Shown here piece after piece: positions 55,301 to 64,000 of a DNA stretch of 64,000 bases. The DNA is from Tubiluchus corallicola (Eukaryota; Animalia; Priapulida): positions 372,001 through 436,000 of the forward strand of contig JAQGDQ010000090.1 in NCBI GenBank assembly GCA_030141605.1. Direction: 5' to 3'. Made by a program: the position numbers and the translations under genes. Each line of letters begins with the position of its first letter. Within the stretch, counting starts at the first letter, position 1. The notes beneath the pieces are model-generated. The model had not been told where the DNA came from and did not search any database. It worked only from the letters and a program-made list of their open reading frames with translations.

Positions 55301-58002
55301 AGTAGATTATTTATGATTCTTACTGTTGATGATGAATCGGCTGGGCCATCTACAATTGCTGGATGCTTTTATAACATTTTTGATTTCACCCCACTTGACA
55401 AGGAATTCTTTGTATGTTTCGTGGATTAGGTTCAGTGGTTCGGTTTTACTGCAGGGCAAGAATAATTGACAAATGGCAAATGCAGTTAATTTCTCCCATT
55501 TAGACAAAACCCTGCAATTCTGTCTAGCACATTTTGTTCCAGATTTTTTCCTGACTGTTTAGCATTTTGCATGGATCATATAAACAATCTCTGGAACATT
55601 TATTAAACCTTCTGAGCACTGTGATTTGCTTTCATTTGCTAAGTGTGCATTTAGTTTTCTGCCAGGTTAGGCTGCTGCACTATTTGCTGTGCCAGATCTA
55701 AAAGTTCTTTTTTGTGCATGTAGTTAGTGTACGTAAGTATTAATTCGTTAATAAAGTTGATTGACAGCATTCATACTGTAAATTAGCATTACATAAAAAT
55801 TGATTATGTTTCAGAGATGTTATACATATATGGCTGCGAATGGAATTTTCGACCAGATCACTGCATGTACAAGATGACTTGTGATTCCGCTCTTCGAAAT
55901 GGTGTATCTGTGCTACATGGCAGCAGAGGGGTTTTCCACAACACCAAACAGGCTTCTTTCAAAGCAATTTACGATGTTTTTACGAAGGCAAGAATTCTGT
56001 TTAGTTTTATTTTATCTGTTTTATTCAAAAACAGTGGCTCATAAAACTTTCTCATTCTTCTGGTCATTTGTGCTTCAGCTCCTATCATATAATCTCACAC
56101 AGTGGCTCCTATTATATAATCTCGCAAATAATTTAATTCTGGTGTCTTGTTACAGTAAACTAGTATGCCTCAAACACCTTAAGACCGGAAAATTTGTTCG
56201 ACTTATTTATTTATTTATTAAATATATCCACAATGATCATTACAGCATTGTACATAAAAGTATTTAATAATATATTTATTATTATGTGCACAAGATGCCA
56301 AGCCGCAAATGACCCGTGGGGTACTCAAAACTTACGTGAAATTTCGCATTAGACGAAATGAGAACGTGTGACAATACACTAGAAATCCAACATTCTGTGA
56401 AAATGACAAACTGAGCCTTTAATCAAATATCAAACAACGGTTTATGAACAATCAAAAATAAAATGACTGGTATACCTCTATTGTAGTCTGAGTAGCATGG
56501 CAAATAAAATTCACCAATAGTAATATTGTCGTCTACATTAAAACCTCGTTCATTAAGCCATGTTCTGTGCAACTTTTCGTTAAGGTAACACAAAAAAACT
56601 TAGTATTTTTGCTGAAACTAGCAGTTAAAAATCTTAATGTGATGTATGCTTTCACGTAGGATTTCTCACTTGTGAGCCAGTTCGAGATAGGCGAGGTAAT
56701 TTCAATCAAATTGTTAAAGTACAAGAAAACCCTCCTCTTACATCAAGCTTTAAAAATTCGTCTTGAAATTTTATACCACTTACATACTTTCTTTTTGCAT
56801 GCAGCGGCAGTAACGCTGTATAAAACCTGTAAATTTAAACTACCGCAATGACCGTTAGGTGCAACCACTTTTAATGGTAGGTCGTTTGAAACAAGTTTAG
56901 ATAAAATTGAACTTTGAAATGAAAAAATAATTAGAGCATGTGTAGCACTCATGCTACTAACTAAGTAAGATTTCGAATGACTGTATCTTGTCAATAAAAT
57001 TAAAAATACATTTTTGGTTAGTGAGTAGCACACCCTGGAGGGTGAGCCGGCGACATTTTACCAATCAGCATCAACGTTTGAAATTATTATTTCTAGTTAC
57101 ATTAGTCTTTCCAGCAGATAAGCAAAATGGTAAGTAATATAGATTTCCATGGAAAGTTTTTTGGGACATAATTTAACCTTGCCTTTTCTTCTCCTGATTT
57201 ACGTTTGCGTAGGTGACATCAATCATGTAATGGCATCTTCGGAACAGTATTGCGGGAGATTTAAAATAAAAAACAAACAAAAGTTCCTTTTAACCACGAA
57301 TTTTACCAATCAGCATGAACGTTTTAAATTATTATTTCTAGTTACATAAGTCTTTCCAACAGGTAAGCAAAATGCTAAGTAATTTAGATTTGCATTGAAA
57401 AATTTATGGGACATAATTTAACATTGCCTTTTCTTCCCTTGATGTACATTTCCATTGCGACGTCATGTAAGGGTGACTTCGGAACAGTATTGCGGGAGAT
57501 TTAAAATGAAAGCAAACAAAAATTCCTTTTAACACGAATACGATATATGCATAAAAATGCTGCGAAGTAATATAATTTTTAAGAGGATTTTTCTGAAACC
57601 TACTTCAGGTACCCCTTTCCTTGTGCTTTAAGAATTATACCGGGAATTCAGTTTGCGTTACAGATTTCAAGTTACACATTGTTTCTTAAAGAGAATCTGT
57701 TCCGTGAGATCTGTTCAAGATATGCAAGAATTCAAATTATACCACTTAGAGCTATACGTAGTTTACTGTATTAAGTATTTGCTGGCTCGGCTTTCTTGAA
57801 GTTGTACCTCTGGTTAAGTGCCATGGTATTGACTGTGTGAATTTTGTTTTAGTTTGATTTAGAAGACGATTTAGAAAAGGGTTTGCTCAGTCAGGTGGAG
57901 GAAGAACTAGAAATGGTGATTTCAAACTGTGGAAAACCCATTTCTGCGACATTGCTGAAACGCCTCAAGAAAAGCGTTGCTGACCGAAAATTACAGAGTT
58001 AA
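49109..58002 (+). CDS. GXYLT1: Glucoside xylosyltransferase (GT8, GXYLT1/2 / Shams family), copy A, 7 exons, 397 aa
   Basis: Exons 49109-49329, 51152-51326, 51792-51923, 52970-53162, 55015-55164, 55815-55987, 57853-58002 (1194 nt, phases close). Type II TM anchor; [17 protein letters not shown]; [16 protein letters not shown]; DSLLYVDTD (DxD); [13 protein letters not shown]; [12 protein letters not shown]; TWGDQD; [12 protein letters not shown]; LHGSRGVFH. Family call is firm; GXYLT1 versus GXYLT2 orthology is not resolvable. Confidence 0.93.
50060..50780 (-). mobile_element. Internally deleted LINE remnant (RTEX-like C-terminus)
   Basis: Minus strand about 50213-50070 reads [49 protein letters not shown], the typical KLRxY...KLRISxHxLxIExGRY end of invertebrate LINE ORF2; ORF 50520-50702 resembles the endonuclease-RT linker. 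Confidence 0.7.
51152..51326 (+). CDS. GXYLT1: GXYLT-A exon 2
   Basis: tatag|G...GTC|gtaagt; IQLAVVVCG. Confidence 0.92.
51792..51923 (+). CDS. GXYLT1: GXYLT-A exon 3
   Basis: taaag|CTT...CCA|gtaagt; [13 protein letters not shown]. Confidence 0.92.
52586..52654 (+). repeat. Partial duplicate of the GXYLT-A exon 4 acceptor and its first 36 coding nt
   Basis: Near-identical to 52937-53005. Confidence 0.85.
52970..53162 (+). CDS. GXYLT1: GXYLT-A exon 4 (DxD motif)
   Basis: tatag|GGT...TTAG|gtaagt. Confidence 0.94.
55015..55164 (+). CDS. GXYLT1: GXYLT-A exon 5
   Basis: tttag|GT...CCAG|gtacga; [13 protein letters not shown]. Confidence 0.94.
55815..55987 (+). CDS. GXYLT1: GXYLT-A exon 6 (GC donor)
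   Basis: ttcag|AG...AAG|gcaaga; [10 protein letters not shown]. Confidence 0.88.
56745..57000 (-). repeat. Dispersed repeat, partner of 39985-40250
   Basis: Reverse-complement similarity seen by eye. Confidence 0.75.
57056..57538. repeat. Tandem duplication, 2 x about 240 bp
   Basis: TTTTACCAATCAGCAT...TTCGGAACAGTATTGCGGGAGATTTAAAAT...ACGAA at 57056-57300 and 57301-57538. Confidence 0.92.
57853..58002 (+). CDS. GXYLT1: GXYLT-A last coding exon
   Basis: tttag|TTT; [12 protein letters not shown]...SNCGK...[15 protein letters not shown]; matches the GXYLT C-terminal CGK helix. Confidence 0.85.
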   Translation, partial: FDLEDDLEKGLLSQVEEELEMVISNCGKPISATLLKRLKKSVADRKLQS

Positions 58003-58170
58003 CATGCTGTGTCATCTTCTACTGCAATCTGTGTGATAGTTCAAGTGTCTTTCAGGTGTCAGATTTGACCATTACTCAACATGTTCCTAGCAATTCTAAT
58101 GCATAAAGTACTTGTCATAGATCTTTTACCTGTTTTGTTAAACTGTTCAGTGCAGACTTATAATTTCTAG

Positions 58171-58611
58171 CAGGGCTGTGGACTTCGGATGCTGTCTCCA
58201 GCTCAGACTTTTAGAAGATCCAATTCCGACTCTGACTCCGACTCCTAAAGCATTAGAAAATCCAACTCCTGCCTTTAAATAATAGTTTGTCGCACTTTCA
58301 GTGTTTATCTATTGTCACATTTCATCACTACCAAGTGAATCATCGGGATACTTCTTATACTCTCTGAATTAGAGTCTTAATGGTTATAGTATGCCACTGT
58401 GGCATTTTATTAGGTATAAGTATAGTGTTGACTATAATTGTTTTGAGAATAACTAAAATCGGAGTTTGTCTATTTTTACTGACTCCAACATCGACTCCTC
58501 TAATAATAAGTGTGCTTGTGAGTCCCAACTCCGACTCCAAAACACTCATTTTTAACTACTCCAACTCCTTTAAGCAATAAATTTACTGCCGACTCCGACT
58601 CCACGGCCCTG
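58171..58611. mobile_element. hAT-type MITE with CCGACT subterminal repeats
   Basis: Termini CAGGGCTGTGGA...TCCACGGCCCTG; 8-bp TSD ATTTCTAG / ATTGCTAG (7/8). Confidence 0.82.
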
Positions 58612-60359
58612 ATTGCTAGTGCTAAAATTGCTGTATGGTAAGCCAGAAATATAGAAAATTGTTTTGTCCTGTTGGATTTTTGTTAATAAATTTATAGAAC
58701 AATTGTATATGAACATAATTCTGTGCCAAATTTGATATTATCTATTATCGTTCTGTGTTTGCAATTTTCATGTTATTAAGATTTTCTAGTTGTGCTTGCT
58801 GTTTGATACAGTTCGTATTTCTGTTTAGTTTGTCAAAGTTAGTCATTTGTTCATAGTTTTACTAGTTTGTTGTTCTAGTTAATACTCATAAATTATTTCT
58901 TAATAAAGCAGGTGCTGATAACTGAACCAATTTTGTATGCATTTAGAGGAAATGTATTCTGCTAGAACAAGTATTTTAAACTTGTACCACTTTGATAGTT
59001 TGCTATTACACTTACATTTTTCAGACCAAAATTTGTCAACTTAAAGAAGTAATAGATTTAATGATCTACTTGTTTACCATAATTGTTTGCATGTATCCTC
59101 AGGGTCTTTAATATTGTATTTATTTTTTATTTATTACTATACTTTCTGTGAAAATTGAGCTAAAATCAAAAATTTTTATATTGCAAGAATGAATTTAGAC
59201 AGTTTGACTGTTTTGTTCTTGCTACATTTTTTCATTTCTTACACTATTAGCCTGCCATTTCTGTTTTTATCAACATTTTTGTTGCAGACAATAAGATACC
59301 TGTTTGCCTACCCTAGTTTTTAAATTGCTAGTATTAAAGTGTACTAGATTGTTATGAAACTACACTCAGTTTTCAGGCAAAAGGATTCTGTTTGCATTTG
59401 GCATGTGAACTAGTTTAAATTGTCACTATTAGAACTTTAGTATTTTAAATACATTTTAAGTTAAAATGTTCTAAACTTTTTTTGATACTTGACCAGGTCA
59501 TTTGTGTATGAGCAATAATGTTTTGTTTCTTGCCAACTTTAATATAACTTTAATGTTGTTGCAATTATTTCGTTGCATTTGTGCACAACTTTTGCTGATA
59601 ATAATTTTATGGAATTTCTTGCTGTTATATAATACAGGATACAGAAATATTGTTGTTCAACATTTTGTATTTTAAGAATTGAAATATAATTCAGTTTCGA
59701 TAGTATTAATATTTTAACATTCCAGATTTTTGTTTTGCTTTTTTGGTTATTATGCTCATATTTCTTTTAGTATGTTTTATTTTCATGAGAAAGACCAACT
59801 AAGATACCAGTCTGAAATGCCAACACATTCAGTTCATTGTTTGATTAGCCACTACATTAAAACTGTAACTGTTATCTCTCACAAATTTATATAATTGTCT
59901 ATACTAAATCTAATGTACAATGACTTCGACTGTGGTTTTACTGTCAGAAGAGATCTAATTTTTTTAAAACAGGTTCATTTCTCAGTCTGGGTCCTGCTTG
60001 ATTTGGAGAGAGAAACTTCTTGTTCTTGCCAAATTCCTGTTTTTGCCTAAATCAAAAATTATCATGTGAGTTCAAGACAGAATCTGGCTCATGCACTTTT
60101 TCACCTATACACATGCATGTGGCAATGTCTGTGGCTCTTTAGAAAAGAATTTAAGCTAGTACAATTATATTATGAATAAAAATTGCCTTAGTCGATTGGT
60201 TAACTTTACTGTTTTGTCTAAATAGGAAACGAAATGAAGAAATTTAGTAATTTGTTTTAAAATATTACTTATAGATACCAAAGGATGATTATTCCTTGAA
60301 TTTGCTCTCATCCTAGTGAATTACAAATTCTTTTATTATGCTGTTATTTTTATATAAAC

Positions 60360-62400
60360 ATTTTAATTTATTATTTTTCACTTATAGTGTGGCCTTTGGT
60401 CATCATTGGTAAAGACCTCAGGCAAGATACAAAATTACAAAATGAATTTTACAAGATTCAGTAACAAAACCACACATTTTTTATCCACAATATTAGCATT
60501 CAGATCTTTACAACAATGCTATTGCTTATTCAAATGTTCTTTTAACTGTGAAAAGCTTAATCGAAGACGAGTGTGATGAATACACGCAGGGATATCACCA
60601 TAAGTCAAATACTTAGGTCTGTCAACAAATCCAAGTAAGTTACAGAAGCTGCGACTAAAAGTACTAATGGTTGAAGAGTTCTTAACATGTAATGATAGGT
60701 TATTCTAGACAACTAGTGCAGACGGAAAAAATGAGTTGCGAAAGTAATAACAACATGTTTGAAACCGAAAAATCATGATGATTTGTTAGGTAATAAGCTG
60801 TTAAATTTCTATTACAATGGCGTGATAACTCATGCAGATAAGATGAACATTAGTGGTTTACAATTCCATAAAATGTTAAAAGCTTGTGGGAAAATCGTCG
60901 TTTAGCGAGTTGATCAAAGCCGCTGTAGTACAATAATTCTGTTGTATTCGAGCCTTTCTTGGTTTTGGAGCAAATATTGGCGCGTTTTTGGGCGTTTTCA
61001 AGTGAGTCAGGAAGGTATGATAGAATGTTACACCAAATCACATCAGCATATTCAAGTATTAGACGAAGTAGTAGTTAGACGAACCATACTTTTCTAAAAC
61101 TATTCGTGGTATTAAATATGGAATTAGAAATTTTCAGTAGGCGTACGCCTAAACGTTTGTGAGCTTTTTCAAATGAATGACGGATATGGGTGTCCCATTT
61201 TAGATTTGTTTGTAAGTGTATAGGCCAATATGCGTATGAAAGGTAACTGTTTTTAGAGCAATGTTATCTAGACAAAAGTGTTGGTTGAACAGGCGGAGTA
61301 TTTTTATGGCTGAAAAGAATAACTTCAGCTTAGTCGGGATTGAATGTGACATTCCATCGAGTTGACCACTGTTGTTAGATCCGAGTTTTAGCGCGTGACA
61401 CATATAATAGGATCGTCCATAATTTCGGTTAAAGAGGTGTCGTCTGCAAAAAGTCGTATATCAGTACTTACGTTAACAGTTATACCATCAGTGAACACTA
61501 GAAATAAAATGGGGCCAAGAATGGGACGCCTGCATTTATTGAACAATATCCAGAATAATTTATTTACCTTTTCAGATGACTCTTTGGTAACGATTTGACA
61601 TCATAAGATTCGAGCCATTTTAATAGGTCCAGCTTATACCTAGTTGGTTGAGTTTAAATACCAAACCCGCATGCCACACTTTGTCGAATGCTTTAGAAAT
61701 GTCTAGCATCAAAACCGTGATCGAAAGCTTGATAAATTTTATGTATAAAATAAGTGAGATGGTAAATTGTCCCGTCACAGGGTTTAAAACCAGAATTTCT
61801 AAAACTTAATACTTAATTGTCTATTATGAGATAGTTATATAAATGTTTATAAACGATTCTTTGGAGAACTTTCGATAAGGAGGATAAGAGAGACACGGGT
61901 CTGTAATTATTTTTTAGCTGATGGCCGTCTTTTCTGAAAATTGTGCACACACTGGCCTTTCTCCAAATTTTCAGAAATATTGAGGATTGCAGAGAAATGT
62001 TCAATAATTTTGATAGAGGCGTTGCTAATGATGAAGCGGGTTTCTTTAGAATTAGATTACTAATACAATCGTTCCCTGAAGTCTTGGAAACATCAACCGA
62101 ACCGCAGAAGGTGATGCAGTCAAATTTGACAAACGAGCATCAGGTTTATAGAAAAATTGTGGCAATTCGTTTACCGGATTTAGCGTTGATTGCTCACAGA
62201 AGAAATTGTTTAATATAGTTGCTTTATCTTTATCGAGAGTAGTGAGCTTATTTCCATTGTTTGAGTGGTGGAATTCCAGCATAATTCCTTTTTAATTCTT
62301 TAAACAGACTTTGTAAGTTTCCACTAGGTTTTACTGGTAGTACTGAGATCAGACAAACAATTTGTTTTTTTATAGTGTACATACGTTTGCATACGATAGC
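60360..62400 (-). mobile_element. Decayed 5'-truncated LINE (CR1/L2-group-like), RT pseudogene
   Basis: Minus-strand RT motifs NNYRPVSLLSSLSK (about 61900), LDISKAFDKVWH (61670-61710), ILGPILF (about 61510), LFADDT (61435-61455) and 3' RLRLSFSQL; several frameshifts and stops. Confidence 0.9.
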
Positions 62401-63216
62401 TGCCCTGTAAACTACAATATCAATCATCCCGTATCAAGGAAAAACATTCAAAACATTTTACACATTCCCAGCGTAGACAATGATAATATCATACAAAACC
62501 GTAAATGAAGGTAGGGTTCGGTGCATGTCGAAATTAAAACTGTTGAAGAGCAAGAAGGGGATATTTTTATACCAGCCACAGCCATAATTATATTGCTTGA
62601 GAAAATTATCATGTATTTTTACCTAACAAAAATAGCCCAAGGTTAATATTTCATGAAGCCATTTCAGTGATGTATAGATTAGAAATATAGCACAACATAC
62701 ATGGCAGCCAATTTGGTAGATTCAAGAACGCGAAGAATTAGACATTGACGACACATACATACGTAGTTTCTTACTTGGTTAGGTCTAAACTGTACTTTAT
62801 TAAATACAATGTGATAGAAATTTCGTTCATTCAAACTCTCGGGGCTTTTGTATTATGCTGCTAACGGAGATTTCCCTCATCGCTTGCTGAAATGCTGTCG
62901 TGCCTGCTGTCGTCTAGTGTTACCAAGGTTAACTGCTGAGTTACTGTGTTTACTTAATTTCCTCGATTTAAGTCACATTTGTTATAATTATGTAAACTAA
63001 TGTCTTTACATATAACGAACATTCGACATATCGACTGGCATATTGGCTGCCTCTCCACAATATATATATGTGCAGTGATATCCGATGGTATGACAATGTA
63101 CGCTTTTTAAAATTATAATATATTTTCTTAAAAAGGCAGCCTGCTTTTTCATGATATACGAATGTTGTATACCTTGAAATATGTTCTATACAGTTCAAAA
63201 TTGATGCGCTCTTATA

Positions 63217-63913
63217 ATGCGCATTGTCATGAAGTTAATATTTAGACTGTGCATATTAGTATTTGTAATTGTTGCCCTAATGGGTGTTCTGACTTATCGA
63301 AGTCTTTTAATCTTGTCACAACAAATGCCTGTGTATGACAACTCTGCATTGACTACCACGCTGCAAGTCGCAAATAAGACTAATCTGAACTTACAAATTG
63401 GCACGTCGAAACAACTTCGAATAAACAGCCGCAGGTAAGCAATCGAAACAAAACTGAACAGCAAATTGTTTGTTAAATCGCTTTTTAAAGTAAATAAAGC
63501 ATGTAAATTCTTGAACATTAACAGTACTGCCAATACAGTAACAATGTAGGCACTTTACTGAAAATAATCTGAATAAAATTAAGAGTTTATTGAGTAAGTA
63601 ATGGATGTTTTAGTGACAATGACAAAATTGTCTTTCACAAACTCTTGTAAATATTAATGTTCATTGCCATTGTGATTTGCAAGAAGCAGTTAAACCATCA
63701 CTTTATTCACAAAGGTCAGAGAATGTTTGTTTTTGCAGCAATGACATATCTGCTGCATCTTCCTACAAGATACAACTGGCTGTGGTAGTTTGTAGTAAGG
63801 GAAGAATTAACGAATCTCTGACAATGATTAAGTCAGCATTGTTATTTACCCGACAGCCATTGTTTCTGCATCTCGTTACTGATCCTGTATTATATGGCTA
63901 TTTCACGCAGGTG
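63217..63913 (+). CDS. GXYLT1: Glucoside xylosyltransferase copy B, first two coding exons; continues beyond the window
   Basis: Exons 63217-63434 (AG|gtaagc, phase 2) and 63739-63913 (tgcag|C...GTG|gtaagt); same phases and the same 175-nt exon 2 as copy A; [39 protein letters not shown]. Confidence 0.9.
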
Positions 63914-64000
63914 GTAAGTTTATTGTTATGTAGTGAATTTAATTTCTAGCAGATGCTATTCATTTATTGTTTTTGTTTTTGTGGAAATAATACATTTTTG

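Overview
AT-rich, intron-rich animal genomic DNA; a non-arthropod invertebrate is the most likely source, but the species cannot be determined from the sequence. All host genes are on the + strand. (1) 43-2636: the last six coding exons (TM and cytoplasmic tail) of a Dscam-family gene, 'Dscam-A'. (2) 5255-46945: a complete tandem paralogue, 'Dscam-B'. I rebuilt it by hand as 35 phase-consistent GT-AG coding exons (5769 nt, 1922 aa) with the canonical signal peptide-9 Ig-4 FNIII-Ig-2 FNIII-TM-tail layout, a vertebrate-DSCAM-like tail and no arthropod-type alternative exon arrays. (3) 49109-58002: a complete 7-exon GT8 glucoside xylosyltransferase (GXYLT1/2, Shams family; 397 aa) with one GC-AG intron. 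(4) 63217 to the window end: the first two coding exons of a second, tandem GXYLT copy. Introns and spacers hold decayed LINEs, two hAT-type MITEs with 8-bp TSDs, many micro- and minisatellites, and inverted-repeat remnants carrying minimal hammerhead-ribozyme-like motifs of the Penelope-like retroelement type. Most ORFs in the supplied track are microsatellite or intron read-through artefacts. All family assignments rest on motif recognition from memory; no database search was run.
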